From assembly GCF_009914755.1 (NCBI RefSeq), contig NC_060928.1: DNA of 64,000 nt. One strand, 5' to 3'. Positions 33,966-56,172 of this stretch are shown here, in pieces. The first letter of the stretch is position 1. The number at the start of each line of letters is the position of its first letter. The translations under genes were made by a program, and so were the position numbers. Under the pieces are notes generated by a model, which ran no database searches, was not told the DNA's origin, and was given only the letters and a program-made list of their open reading frames with translations. The stretch is from the human T2T-CHM13v2.0 reference genome, Homo sapiens.

Positions 33966-34572
33966 CTCTGTAAACTCTGAGATGGACTGGAGTCACACCC
34001 CAAGTTGCTGCCATAGCTAGGCCTGACTCCCTGGTCCAACTAGAATTTCCTCCCTGTGTTTCCTCAGAAAGACATTAATCCAGTGCCACTTAATATTTCA
34101 ACGGTGAGTGTGATTTCTCCTGACTTGTTGACTTGTTTACCCACAGGCATCTTCTACCCTCACTCTTGGTGGCAAGTCATGGTGAGATGTGTGGCTGGAA
34201 GAACTCAATTTGGCCACAGCAGTGTCACCTCAGGTCAGAATACAGGATGTGGAATGGTCTCTTAAAAAAAAAAATGAGTGCTTTCTTTTCTGACTGTAAA
34301 GTTGGCCTCACCGTTTATTAGCTGTGTGACTTTGGGCAAGTTATTTAAGCCTTCAGTGCCTACATTTTTCTTTATTAGTAAAATGGCCCTAGTAAGAACT
34401 CTGCCTCACTGGTGGTGGTATTTAATCCTCACATTACATATTAAAAGATCTTAGGACTCTGCTTGGCTATGGTAGGTGCCTATTATTTTTATTATTATTA
34501 TTAAAATAACTATTTTCCTTTGGTTGAACTTGAGCACAGTTGTGGCTTTACCCATAGTTACAGGAGAAATAG

Positions 34573-34891
<319 letters not shown>

Positions 34892-35097
34892 GCATGTTTT
34901 TTTCTTCCAATCTAATCATATTTTGAAGCACAGAGCTGAATATAGGCCTCTCATTTATACATAGGAGAAATCATCCATAATAGTGTTGAAATCTGATGTA
35001 TTACTGAAAGCCTTTTTTTTTTTTTTTAAAGTTTTGGGGACAAAGCCAGAAGTACAAGGGAATACAGTGTCCTTGACATGACATTACATTTATTTGA

Positions 35098-35936
<839 letters not shown>

Positions 35937-36199
35937 TTAAAATGTTGCAAGGCTTAAATTATTTTTAAAGTACTTAGAAAAATTGCCTGAACCATAGTGA
36001 ACTCTCTCTGTGTTTGCTAGGCGTAGAAAAAAAATTAAAAATATATTCAGTCATCACTAGAACAACCTTATTTATGACAGTGGTGGAGTGGTGTCATCTT
36101 GTCACTGAACTCTAGCTATGGTGGGCTAGTTGCTAGAGGTTTGTGAGAAGAAACGTGTATATTAGTGCAGAAGAGTTCTAGTGCAGGAGACAGCAAATT

Positions 36200-37400
36200 T
36201 ATTTAAAAAGCAATTACATTCACATTGTTGAATCAGTATGGGATGCGATGACTGTAGTTAACAGGACTACCTAGTTTGGGGGTTCCAAGAAGACTTCAAG
36301 AAAATAAAACTTCTAGGCTGAGACCAAAAGGAGGGATCAGAGCTTTCCCTGCTGAGAGTGGGGAAGAAGTATTCTCCAAGTGCAGGGAAAATGCATCTGA
36401 GAGGTCAGAGAGAGCACATCCTGTGGATGGAAAAATGGTGCTCAGGTGGGCCAGGGAATCTGCATTGAGGATAAGAATGGTGCTGTCGAGGGGGTGGGGG
36501 AGGGTCAAGAAGGCCCTTGGAAAGCAGGTTGAGGGCTTTACTCTAAGGACAGTAGGAAGTGATCGAAAAGTTTTGTGTAGGGGAGTGGTGTGAGTTGAAT
36601 TGTTGTAGAAAGCTTTCTCGGAGTGCAGTTGTGCAAATGAATCGGAGGAAAGCAGGACTGGAGGTTGGGGGGTCAGTCATCCAGGCCAGAGACTTTGGTG
36701 GCAGAAGAGGAGTCAAGACTTAGCAGCTGCAGGCTATAGGGGGTGATTGGGTGTGGGGGCTGCCCTGACACCTCAGGTTCTGGTGTGGGCTGGTGAGTGC
36801 AGTTCACTGAGGTCCTGCCACAGCAGCAGCTTTTGTGGGAGAGAGGATGAGTTTTTGGTTTTGGATGTGGAGGGCAAGGTATTTCGTAGTAGCCAGGAGA
36901 CATGTTCAGTAGTGTGTTTCTTTTATGGGTGTGTATTTCAGGAATGGGGAATACAGCTGGAGATAAAGATTCTGGAGACACACCATATGGATGGGAAACG
37001 ATGCCATGCAGCTGAATACCGAGGCTGCCGAGAGAGAATGTAGAGGGAGAAGGCAGGGAGAGGGTCAGGGCAAATCCGGAGGAACTCCATCTTTTAAGGG
37101 GTAGGTGAAAGAAGAACTTGAAATCTGAGAAACAGTAGCCATTGACAGAGAGATGGAAAACCAGGAGAGGGTCTCAAAAGCCAAGGAGAAAGAGTGTTCA
37201 GAGAGCAGGAGGGAGTAGACAAGGCCATGCCACAGAGAGGTCAAGTAGCTTGAGTCAAGGTGACATTGTGTTGGCCACACACTGTCATTGGTAATAGTGG
37301 GAGAGTAGTTTAGGTGGCCAAGCAGAACTGGGAGCCTGCTTGCAGAGGGCTGAGAAGGGAGTGTGAGGAAAGTCAGTGAACTTGGGTACGGATAGCTCTC
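36200..37400 (-). mobile_element. Degraded L2
   Basis: ggctttactctaagg..gtcatccaggccagagac..gatgagtttttggttttggatgtg..ggaaaaccaggagagggtctcaaaagccaagg. Confidence 0.65.
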
Positions 37401-37417
37401 CTAAATTATTTGGCCTG

Positions 37418-38797
<1,380 letters not shown>

Positions 38798-40005
38798 CAG
38801 CGTGCTTCTTAATATAGAAGGTGGGATTCATATTCTAGGTGAAGAAGTGGTGGGAGGGTGTACCTTTCACCTGTTTCATGACAGAGGAGATGGTAAATGA
38901 TGTCTACACACTCAAATTGTAGATTTATGGCAGGACATCGAGGAAACTGTCAACTGATGGATTTATTTTCCCTGAGGTAGATGACAAGATTCAGTAATTC
39001 TGTTTTAATCTCTCCCCCACCACATTCTTTTTCTGGTTGATATTAATACTACATGACTTGTAAGAGTGGTTTTCCTCATAGTCTGTTTGAACTGAGTGGG
39101 ATGGCATACAGATGTTAAGCTGAGAAGAGGTAATGGGGTTAGGGGAGAAAAAGGAGTTAAATGTTTGGGTAAACAACCCTCATGATACCCAGAAAGGCCG
39201 CTGTTTCAGGCTTTATTTCACACTTTGTTCTGTTGCACTTAAAAGACCCAAACGGTCCTTCATCTTTTTTTTTTTTCCCCCAAAGTATTAAAACCGATTT
39301 TCTCTTTTATCTCACCGGAGTCATGCTGATTCTCTTTGGATGTCTACAGGGAATAAAATGCCTCTGGCAGCACCTGGGAAGATTGTAGGACTTCCAAGTG
39401 TCTGCCTCTTTGTCCAAGAGAAGAGGAGGAATAGAAATTGTAAGAGTTAAAAATGGAATAATTATCTATTATCTAAAAATATCTTCTCTTGCTCTTTTCT
39501 AGCTAACTACTTAGGTTCAACCTAGTTGAAGAAACAATGCCTAGAAGAAATAAATGCTTACAAAAGATACCCATCAGTGGGTGGTATGCAGATAGCCCTT
39601 GTCTTCCCTTCAGGGCTGGACACCCTGACCGCCATGGAGGTGGCCACACAGCATCCCTTCAGGGATGTGGAGTGTGGAGACCTTCAGATGCTTCAGAGGG
39701 AGGATATGAGTGGAGAAGTTCTTTGCATGTGTTTCTAGAGCTAGAGTTGGTGTCCTGTTTTTTTGTGGAAAGGATAGAGTTTAAAAATTAATCTGAACTT
39801 TTTCTTCCCCTTTCTTCAGATTATTGTTATAAAAATACTATGGATGCTCATTTATTTCAGCTGTCAGTGAGAGGAATCAGACTAAAACCTTGTTGAAGCA
39901 AAAGAAAAAAAAAAGAAATTTTGGCTTGTGGGTGAAGACTGAAGACTAAAGACCTTTCTTACTGCACTGGGAATTCCAGAGAATACTGACTCTTTTTCCC
40001 TAGAC

Positions 40006-40196
40006 CAGTGGTTCTCAAATGGGTGATTTTGACTGTCTAGAGACAATTTTGGTTGTTACTTTAGGGAGATGCTATGGTTTCTAGCGGGCAGAGGCCAGTG
40101 ATGCTGCTAAACACCCTGCAGTGCACAGGACAGCTCCCCTACAATGAAGAATGATCCAGCCCCAAATGTTCGTAGTGCTGAGGTTGAGAAACTCTG
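40006..40196 (+). mobile_element. MER20 hAT-Charlie DNA transposon
   Basis: cagtggttctcaa..gaggccagtgatgctgctaaacaccctgcagtgcacaggacagc..gaggttgagaaactctg; degenerate 8-bp TSD ccctagac/ccttagag. Confidence 0.88.
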
Positions 40197-40517
40197 CCTT
40201 AGAGATAGGGAGCCCATGTAATCTAAACCCAGATACTCTTGAGAAGTACAGTTATGCTAAGACAATAACCATGAACTGGAATTGCTACAAGTATACCTGG
40301 ACCTGTGGTTGCTCTACATAAAGGCCTTATCAGTCCTGGGTCACTTGCCCGGCATAGACCAGTCACTGAGATGTGGTGGATGTTGTACTTTGGCCAGCCT
40401 GAATCATGTGCCTACCAGTCGGGTGAAGAAGTGGGCAGCAAGTGATTGCTCGGACAGAATGCCACAGCTCACAACAAAGGGTATAGAAACTAGTAAAAAA
40501 AAGCTGATGTCTTGTAC

Positions 40518-41115
<598 letters not shown>

Positions 41116-42705
41116 TCACTTTATTAGACCTGTTTTGATCTGGGCCTAGGGACTGCACATGGCAAAACAAATGAGGACTATATGAAAACAGTCAAAATAA
41201 GTATGCCTTCTATTTTTTTCCCCGTTGCTTGGTTGATTAATTTTAACCATAATAGAGGAGGTGAGAGAGATGAAATTGGCAAGAGGGTGGAAATGAAGAC
41301 TGTGATTCCTGTAGCTTGCCTGGATACAAGGACAAGGTTGTTGGCACAGTGAGGTATCTATGCCTTATAATAGAACCCCTGACCAGAGGAAAAAATTTAG
41401 ATTAAAATACTTAATATTTATAACACCTTAGCTTGTTGTAGGCCAAGAAAATATTTAAAGAATTAAATAGCAGTTTACTGGCTTAATTTAAATTTCTGAC
41501 ACTGATAGTTCTCCTATTTATTTTTGAAGAAACAAAGCATTGTTAAGAAAAACTAATTTTTGTGGGTATCATTAATCCAGCAGAATGGATTGAATAATTT
41601 TACATTCTTTTTACCTTTAAACAAAGAAAACATTTCTTGAATGGAAATTAGAACATATGTATTTTCTAATTTTGTATGTTCTTGATTTAATTTTAAATTT
41701 GAAATCAATTGAGAAATCCTTTAAGCATCTAGAAAAGTTGTCTAAATTATTTTCTTCTGAAACTGTATTATAGTCTCTGGAAATATTTTCCATCTTTCGA
41801 GTTTATTGTGTATGCAGGATAAAATCCAACGTAAGGATTTGACAGTAGGTAGCTATTTGCACTATTTTCTGTTCATTGCAATAAGAGAACTGAGACGGTC
41901 AAACTAAATATTTGTTATGTAAACTCTGAAATCTTTTAGAATCGACTGTTGTGGCTTAATTGATACTGTCTAAAAGGCTTGAATGGCTATGCAAATTAAC
42001 CTGTTGATGAACAGCCATGTATCCAGAAACAGAATGTATCACTTAACCACAGCGAACAGTGTTTTGTTTGCAATAAGATGGTTGAGTGCTTTTTGGCAGT
42101 GTTTACCTGAGTGTGGCAGGACTGATTTATCTTGACAAGCAAAGAACAAAAAGATTTTAAAAAGTGCTTCTTTGTCCAGAAAACAAAGAGGCAACTTTGT
42201 AAAGACCTTTGTATTTTTTGACCTTAAAATTTTCATTCCAAAAGCTTTAAATTTGAAAGTGTAGTTTTGAGTCAACACAGTTTCTCGGTTTAATGTATGC
42301 AGTGAGAACAAAATGGAAAGGAGTGGAGAGGGAGTTGTACCATGGTGGAAGTGAATGCATCAGGGAGCATTTGACCCTTGGAAGGTGTTGGAGGGTCACC
42401 TAGAATGAAGGGAGGTGTTTAATTTCTTTCTGACTGTGGCGTCAGTTTAATGAATGCATACCAAAAGTCAGAGTGTACATTAGGAAGAAAGAATGGAACG
42501 GGATTAATACATAATTCAGCTTTGTGTGTGTGCATTGTGTTTGTGTGTGCATAATCTAATCGTAGTTTACATATAACTAAATTAAGAGGGATTGGTGATG
42601 ATTTCTTTAAAGGGAATAGTCATCACCCAACCTATTTGTTTTGTGTGCATTAATATCCGTTTTTATGTGTTGGATTTGCTTAAATGGAAGTACATATAAA
42701 ATATC

Positions 42706-44286
<1,581 letters not shown>

Positions 44287-44645
44287 AAGCCTTTAGTATT
44301 ATAGAAGAGCATGCATTATTGTCATTGATACAGTATTTCACAGATCTGATTTGGGGTGTTATCTTGTGTAAAGTCGTGGGGTTGTAATGTCTGCAAAGCT
44401 TACTTTCGGGAAATTAAAAATTTTCTATCAAGTGATAGAAACTTCCTTTAAGCTATTAAAAGTTATAGGAAAGGAAGTCATTTTCATATAATCTGGAATA
44501 GTGGCTGTGCTATTTTATTTGCATTACAAAAAATTGAAAAAAACGCTATTGTTTGCTTTTAAACAAAGCAGACTTTAAAAAGTAATGTTACTGTTAATGA
44601 TTTAATAGAGGGTACACAGGTTTAATCTGTACTCACAGTTTGATC

Positions 44646-44930
44646 TTTTTTTTTTTTTTGGTGACGGGGTCTCATTTGTTGCTTAGGCTGGCGTGATCTT
44701 GGCTCACTGCAACCTCCACCTCCTGGGCTCAAGTGATTCTTGTGCCTCAGCCTCCCGAGTAGCTGGAATTACAGGTGTGCGCCGCCATGCCTGGCTGATT
44801 TCTGTATTTTAGTAGAGACGGAGTTTTGCCATGTTGGCCAGGCTGGTCTCAAATTCCTGACCTCAAGTGATCCTCCCACCTTGGCCTCCCAAAGTGCCGG
44901 GATTACAGGCGTGAGCTGCCGCACCTGGCC
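44646..44930 (-). mobile_element. Alu
   Basis: Antisense Alu. Confidence 0.9.
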
Positions 44931-45444
44931 TGCTTTACTATTAATGCTGATCTGGGCCTTTGATTAAATTTGCTGCTTATCTCATGCCTGTGTTGCCATT
45001 TTATTTTCTTCCCAAATAATAGCCATTCCTTTTATTTTTAGAAGTATTTTTATTCTCTTTGGTGATGGTATTCTCAATGTATTTAATCTGAAGTAAATTT
45101 TCTCCAGATTCACCTATGAGGAGCCTGCTACCCAGAAGGTTAAGAATTTTGTCCAAAGTCATATGGCAAAGTAATAGTATCAGTGAAGACACTGTAGTCA
45201 GTTTTAAAACATTTCAGAGTTTAGCCAGTAAATACTGAATTTAGTAAACCTCAATTTGCGTATGGAAAGCTGGAAATAAAACTCGTCTCCTGACTGCTGT
45301 GTTGGAGCTGGAAGGAATGTCCAACCTTCTTACACCATAGATAAGGAAACATGAAACATGCCTGCAGCGGCCACTTAGATATATCTGCTCTGTCCTGTCA
45401 GTTCAGGAAGCTCATTTCTAGTGTTGAGTTTACTCTGAAGTCAA

Positions 45445-45816
<372 letters not shown>

Positions 45817-46916
45817 TAAATGAGAAAATTATATTTGAGAGAATGATTTTTTTCCCCTTTCGAAACTATTTTCATGATGCTCACGTATTCATGAATGTTG
45901 AAAATTTACATTGGGATGAGAGTGAGAGAGTATTGAGGCTGCACCGTTTAATAATTCCACATGTATGAGAGTCCTTCCTCTTGATGCTTAATTTGTGGTT
46001 AGAGAGATTAACAAATTGAGCAAAGATGATGTGACATTATTTCATAGTTTGGGGCTTCCATTCATCTGCTACTACTCGTTCTAAGAAAGACCTAACGTTC
46101 CTAAAAACTTTGATACCCCTCACCTTGCCTGTGTTCCAGGTTCCAGTAAACTCCTGGCTTACTGAGGGCAGTGTCTGTCTTTCGTCCTCCAGCAGTGTCT
46201 AGAACAGTGCCTTGCTCATAGGCACTGAGTCAGTACCCATCTGGCTCCTGGAATGTTTGAGTTGGAAGTCCCAGAAGTCTAGAATGTTTATTTAGGTTAA
46301 GCTAAGAAGCAGATGCAAGTTGAGGGAATTCAGGGCCTTTAATTCTTGTTCTGTTTCCAGGTGTCATTTACATAAGGCATACGATGCCTTTTGTAAGTAA
46401 CTCCATACCATTTGTTGCTATTGTAGTTCCTCTTGCAAATTCCTGCTGAGTACTTTGATGCACAGGAGGTGAAAGGGGCTAGAAAGCTGTTTTGGCCTTA
46501 GTTGAGTTGATGAAACTTCAGAACGTTAAGACAGGCTTAGAAAGGAGTCAGTGTTCTGGGGCACAGTTGGGATAGTGTTCAAAACTACTGAGGGCCCCAA
46601 ACTGCCTCCAGATAGAAAGAAAAGCTCAGTGGGGGTTGTTAGAAATTTAGTTCCTTTGGATGAATTTCTGTTGTCTTTCCTTGATGATAGTTTATATTCA
46701 ACATACTGAATGTAATTGTATTCAATTTTTTTTTTTGTCTTTCACCAGCTAGAGAATTTGGGTGAAATTTTACTGTTACACATGTGCATTAGCACTGAAT
46801 TTGTTTAACATAAAGCAAAATAACAGGAAAAAGACAAATATAAATGATTTTGCTACATAAGTTGTACATTCTTCTGTTAGAATTATAATGAAGTCCCTGA
46901 AGAAATATTAAAATCC

Positions 46917-47202
46917 GGCTGGGCGTGGTAGCTCACGTCTGTAATCCCAGCACTTTGGGAGGTGGAGGCGGCTGGATCACCTGAGGTCAGGAGCTCGAGA
47001 CCAGCCTGACCAACATGGTGAAACCCTGTCTCTACTAAAAAATGCAAAAATTAGCGGACGCCTATAGTCCCAGCTACTTGAGAGGCTGAGGCAGGAGAAT
47101 TGCTTGAACCCAGGAAATGGAGGTTGCAGTGAACCGAGACTGCGCAGTTGCACTACAGTCTGGGCGACAAGAGTGAAACTCCGTCTCAAAAAAAAAAAAA
47201 AA
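46917..47202 (+). mobile_element. AluS
   Basis: Sense Alu with A tail. Confidence 0.92.
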
Positions 47203-47452
47203 TTCTTTCAAAATGACTGCTTTAAAAACATTCCAAACAATAAGGATATAATAAAAGCAAACTTATTATTTAAGTAAAACCAAAGATGTAACATTTGAAG
47301 TTTTTGTTATTTTAAGAACAAAAATATCATTTTGTTCTCATTAAAATTTTTACTTATTTTTACTTGTTAAATTTTCTCTTACATAACCAGTCTTTTGTGA
47401 TCAACTCAGTCTGGGCGTTCTGTGTTCATGGCATTTCTTCCCAGTTAATTCA

Positions 47453-47650
<198 letters not shown>

Positions 47651-48576
47651 ATACCAGTTCCATGTTATCAAGAAGAAAGAGAGGGCTGTTTTGGAAAACA
47701 CTAACATCATTGGCCTTTTCTTTGGCGAGCTGCTGGAATATTTTAGGAAGTAGCTGTACTTTTGCTCTTATAAACACAGTTAAATAGATACTGCCTCTTG
47801 TCCTTCTCTTGCCCTTATATAGTGTAGGTGATATTTTTCTATTTGGCTCTTTTAGAAGCTGGACTATCACGAAAGAAGGTGGGGTGTGGGTGTGTGTGAG
47901 TGGTTGTGGGTGTGTGTGTGTAGTGCATTATGAGTCAGCCTCTGTGGCTGTTTGCTGTGTATTTTGTCCTTGTTTTGTATTATTTCACATATGTGTTGAG
48001 GAGCAATGCATCAGTAATGAATGTAACAGAAGAGCTGCATGTAACAGAATAGCCAGTTATCAACTGGCTTTTAGACCTTGACCCTGTTGGTAATTTTTTT
48101 TTTCTGTCACATAATAAGTCAATAGTAGGTGGTTGCTGGCTAGTTGTCAGTGGTGAGGATTCTAAAAATTTCTTGCCTTTTTCCTCATGGTTGCAAGATG
48201 GCCTAGTCATTACACCCACCCACTTACTAGGAGGCAAAAAAAAAAAAAAAGAAAAAAAAGAAAGGGAGGATCTGTATCCAAGGCTTTCCCAGGACTCTCC
48301 AGTCAGCTTCTGCTAATACCTCATGGGCCGCAGTTCTTAATTGCTCTCCCTAGCCCCAAGTAAGTCTGGGAAAAATTTGTTTGTGGTCCAGCCCTTGTTG
48401 TAGAGGAAGGTGTGGGTGGTGGGGGGAGTATAAAATATTGGAATGGCTGTTGAATAAACCATTTCTGGATCTTCTAAAAACAGTTACACACTCTAGAGTG
48501 GGCATCTCAGGAGTGTTTCTCCATTAACTTCAGTTAATCAGCAGGTCTTTGATGAGCACTGTTAGTATGAACTATA

Positions 48577-48876
48577 CCATAGTCCCCCTTATCCGTGGTT
48601 TCAGTTACCCATGATCTGAAAATAGTACATGAAAAATTCCAGAAATAATTCATGAGTTTTAAATTGTGTGCTGTTCTGAGTAGTGTGATGGAATCATGTG
48701 CCATCCTGCTCCATCCCACCTGGGATGTGAATCATCCCTTTGTCCAGGGTATCCACACTGTATGGTTGTATGTATAGGAAGAAATAGTGTATATAAGGTT
48801 TACAGTGCTATTCATGGTTTTAGGCATTCACTGGGGATCTTGGAATATATCCTCCCTGGATAAGGGGGGACCACTA
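48577..48876. mobile_element. MER44-family (Tigger7-derived) TcMar element
   Basis: TIRs tagtcccccttatcc / ggataaggggggacca; internal aaaattccagaaataa..gtgaatcatccctttgtccag; TA flanks. Confidence 0.85.
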
Positions 48877-49204
48877 TATTGTTATTGGTCTTAGGGAGTT
48901 AGAGGGAGAAATGCAAATGTGTAATGTATTGTCTTATTAGAATTTACAGTCTGGTTATGGGAATACAACACAGAAGGTTGTGTAATTGTTTTTTTTTTTT
49001 TCATCAGATTATAAGAAGAGGGAAGGGCATTCATGAATGCCTGGTATAATGGAAAAGGCTCACCTTGAGGAGAGGGGCCTTGGTTGGTCTAGGCTGGTGG
49101 CAGTGCAGTTGCAGAGAGAGTGAGAGCGAGAGAGAGAGAGAAATGAATGATGCCAGAGGGAACCTGGGCTATAGTGGCTTCTTTAAATTTACGGAAAAAT
49201 ATAA

Positions 49205-49599
<395 letters not shown>

Positions 49600-50126
49600 T
49601 GGGGCAGTGTAGCTTTGAGAGAAGGCTTGGTGACCCAGCTGGTCCTCCCAGTTTTGCTGCCATGTCCATCATCTAGATTTCCCTTTACCAGCTTTCCATC
49701 TGCTGTAGCATTGACAACTTCCATCCGTTCATAGCCTCTGCTTCCTCCGAACATTGGCTTACTCACGGGCCTCTACGGTGAGTGTCCTCAGCTTCACCTT
49801 CCACGACTGCACACCTGGGTACTTAACCTGTTCTTCAGTCACCTTCCTAAGAGAATCTGGTTGGCCCAGCTAATTACCGTTGTCCTTGTTTCGGAAGAGG
49901 CTGTCAGGCCTGGCTCACGCTGGTCATTGGCCAACCTGTCTGTTCCCTTCCCTGGGATCTGGTGCCCATCCCTGTCCAGTCACCTGTGATACAGAACAGG
50001 TGTGCCCGAGACTGCTACCTCACCAGGGCCAGGGAGAAGAGGGGCAGGCACCATACAAATACAAGCCTGGTACGTGTGCCATAGCTTGCTTTGTGCACCC
50101 CTATTGGTTTTATAAACGTTACATTA

Positions 50127-50383
<257 letters not shown>

Positions 50384-50449
50384 GATTTTGATGTAGTTAT
50401 GTATGAATAAACCTAAACCTTTGGCTAATTTTTTTGATATTTTAATTCT

Positions 50450-50605
50450 TTTAGCAGCTTATTGAGATATAATTCACACACCACACAGTTCATCCATTTA
50501 AAATGTATAATCAATGGCTTTTAGTGTAGTCACAGATTAGTGCAGCCATCACCACAGTCAATTTTAGAACATATTCATCACCCCAGAAAGAAAGCCTGTC
50601 CCCTT
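50450..50605 (-). mobile_element. L1M 3' end fragment
   Basis: cagcttattgagatataattcac..ccatttaaaatgtataatcaatggcttttagt..aattttagaacatattcatcaccccagaaagaaa. Confidence 0.78.
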
Positions 50606-50794
50606 TTGGCTAATACTTTTTGATGCTGATGATAACAGGTCCATGCCTCAGTGTGTTGCTCAGGGAGGCCTTTCTGACTGTGCTGTTTAAATGTGCATTC
50701 CTTCTCCATTCTTTGTCCCCTGTGCCTGCCTATTTTTCAGGCAGGTTGTTAGAATACAGGTGGTGTATTTTTTTTTAATTTATTATTATTATTA

Positions 50795-51137
<343 letters not shown>

Positions 51138-51444
51138 CTATTTTCTTCAATGCAAGGTTCATGGAGGCAGAGGTTTTTGTCTTAGAATAAGTAACACATG
51201 GTAGATACAAAGACAATTTGCTGAACAAATGGTTTATTACTTTGCTGATAGTAATAAACTATTGTAATAAAATAGTGATAACACTGTGTTACTTTGTTAA
51301 ACTTCCACTTACCAGTTTTATCTGAGAACTCCGTATGTTGTCTCATTGAAGAACTGTTATCTCCATTTTACTCTTAGAGAAACAGAGGCTCAGAGGTGAA
51401 ATAACTTTCCCAAACCAGGAAACTGCCAGAATGAATTTATAAGT

Positions 51445-52240
<796 letters not shown>

Positions 52241-53109
52241 AACCTTGCTGCTTCCCTGTATTCAGGCTGTCACTCTTCCATTTTGGGAGGATAATACGCA
52301 GTATCTACACCTGACATTTGTGGAGGCTGACCATTTACAAAAAGCTTAGGTTTACACACTCAGCTCATTAGATTTTCACAATAACTGAAGGAGGTAAGTG
52401 CGTCGGGTTACAATATCCAGTTAGTATAGAAATGTTTACAGATGACTATGTCAATATCTAGAGAGCTTAACCAGCTTGTCCAGATTTATCAGGTTTCTAC
52501 TTGGCAACGTCAGGGTTTGAATCCAGCAGCTCCCGTGAGTCCACATCACTGTGTGCTGCTTGTGGACAGAGCGGCAGATTGGGGAGAGGCAGAGTCTGGG
52601 TGGGAAGGTAGAAGGGGAGGGGCCATACTTTTCTAAGTGTGGGGTAGTCCTTCAACATAAAGGGTTTGTCTGTCCCCCAAGTCCATACCTGGTGTTCTGA
52701 TGGACTTACTCTGTTGGACATACACAGAGATTCCTTGTGCATGATTTTAGCCTTGGCTCATTTTGACCTCTCCCATTTTTCCCTCTTGTTTTGAACATTG
52801 CCCTTTATTCCCTACCCTAATTCATGTCTTATTTCTTCTTTTAGGCTCATTCAGGCTGGTTTCCCTAAGTCCCAGTTGAAGGGGGGCTATGTTAGTCTCC
52901 TCTGGGAGGGATAGGAAAACTGCTCTGCTGTGAATGGCCGGTGGGGCTTTCAGTGGCTGAGAGATGGTAGTTCCTGGGTGGCTGCCAGCCTGCCAGACTT
53001 GGGCAAACTATGTGTATTGGAACAAAAGGCTGAGTGTGAAATTAATAGCTCTCAACTGAGAACTGTAAAAGAGCTGGTTGTAGGTAAAAAGAGGCAGTTT
53101 ATTTTGTAA

Positions 53110-53484
<375 letters not shown>

Positions 53485-54006
53485 TAGTAGTAATCGCTGT
53501 ACTGACCACAAGTGGGTTCTGTGTATGTTTCACATTTGTATGTGGCTTCTTTGGTACTTTTGGGTGGCGCCAACAGCATTTGATTTCAACCTTGTGGGTC
53601 TGAAGCATTATTTTAGTGGTTCCTCTCTGATTCTCAAAACTTGATATTTGAATTTATCTCTTTCTCTTTTCCACAGGTGAAGGAGCAGTCTTTCAGGAAA
53701 GGAAGGAATGTTTTTGTTGAGTTAGCAATTATATCAGGCATTTAAATTTACTCTCCATAAAATATAATTGCCTGGAATTCTGTAACCAAATAACAGCAAA
53801 CAGAATGAATTGGGAAATCTGCCCATTTGGAATATACGGGCTAGTTTACCTTTCATAGTAGTAGAGTTTTCTTAAGATTTTGTGCTGATTGGCACTAAGT
53901 GACTTTGAAGGTGATTTTAAAGACGGCATTACTAGGAAAAACGAAGGAGAAAAAGTTAAGTGAATTAAATGAGTAGCCACTTGCTTTGGACTTTATGTAG
54001 CAGTAA

Positions 54007-54411
<405 letters not shown>

Positions 54412-54603
54412 CAGAAATTCATTCCTTTTGAAATCTAGGTATGCCACAAATTAATGTTATTTCTAACTGGTTATACTCTTTAGCATTGGTAGACCTAAAG
54501 ATAATTAGTTTTAGAAGGTATGGAATTATAGCCTAGTGGAGGTTTAACAAAAGGAAAACAAGAGTTGATTGGGTAGGTGAACTAGCAAAAAAAAGATAAT
54601 TGC

Positions 54604-54605
54604 TT

Positions 54606-54636
<31 letters not shown>

Positions 54637-54941
54637 TTTATTTATTTATTTATTTTTTTTGAGACGGAGTCTTGTTCTGTCTCCCAGGCTGGAGTGCAGT
54701 GGCGCAATCTCGGCTCCTGCAAGCTCTGCCTCCCGGGTTCACGCCATTCTCCTGCCTCAGCCTCCCAAGTAGCTGGGACTACAGGTGCCTGCCACCACGC
54801 CCGGCTAATTTTTTTTGTATTTTTAGTAGAGATGGGTTTCACCGTGCTAGCCAGGCTGGTCTCGATCTCCTGACCTTGTGATCCACCTGCCTCAGCCTCC
54901 CAAAGTGCTGGGATTACAGGTGTGAGCCACCACACCTGGCC
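54604..54941 (-). mobile_element. AluY with (TTTA)n tail
   Basis: gcaagctc, acgccattctcc diagnostics. Confidence 0.9.
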
Positions 54942-55301
54942 GCTTTTTTATTTTTTAACTTGACTAAGTGGACTGTGATGGGGAGTGGGGTAGATTGTTG
55001 CTCATCAGAACATCTGTCGCCCTTATCTACTCTGGATTCCATTTGCTAGGGGTAATGAAGGATAACAAAAGACTTTTATGGTTAAGGAGACAGGACATAA
55101 ACTTTGACAGGACATAAACATAAGGAAAGTAAAAGCAGAATGAGCTAATTATATAATATGAAAACAGAAAACCCATAATAAAACTGTATAAGATTTATTG
55201 CAAGATGGCTACTAAAGAACAGTGGTTCTCAACTTTCAGTATGTATTAGAATCACTTGAGAAACTTAAATACTAATGCCTTTAAGAAAATGACTGTTTTT
55301 T

Positions 55302-55735
<434 letters not shown>

Positions 55736-55857
55736 TGAGTGATTTTATTCTGCCTGCTTTGGGATGAAGGCTGGGCATTGGTTTGTTTGAGAACCCTGCA
55801 GGTAATTCTAACATGTAGTCAGGATTGAGAATAATTTTTATAGACAGATGGTGATTC

Positions 55858-55858
<1 letters not shown>

Positions 55859-55889
<31 letters not shown>

Positions 55890-56172
55890 CAGAGTTTTGC
55901 TGTGTTGCCCAGGCTGGGGTGCAGTGGCACCATCACGGCTCACTGCAGCCTCAACTTCCTGGGCTCAGGTGATTCTTGTGCCTCAGCCTCCTGAGTAGCT
56001 GGGATTACAGGCGTACGCCGCCATGCCTGGCTAATTTCTGTATTTTGAGTAGAGACAGGGTTTCACCATGCTGGCCAGGCTGGTCTCAAACTCCTGACCT
56101 CGGGTGATCTGCCTGCCTCGGCCTCCTAAAGTCCTGGGATTGGGATTACATGGTGAACCACCATGCCTGGCC
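55859..56172 (-). mobile_element. Alu (J-like right arm)
   Basis: Antisense Alu; flank gacag..gtgattc repeated. Confidence 0.9.

Noticed and set aside
55090-55120. Short direct repeat gacaggacataaac twice
   Set aside because: Ordinary small slippage duplication with no further structure
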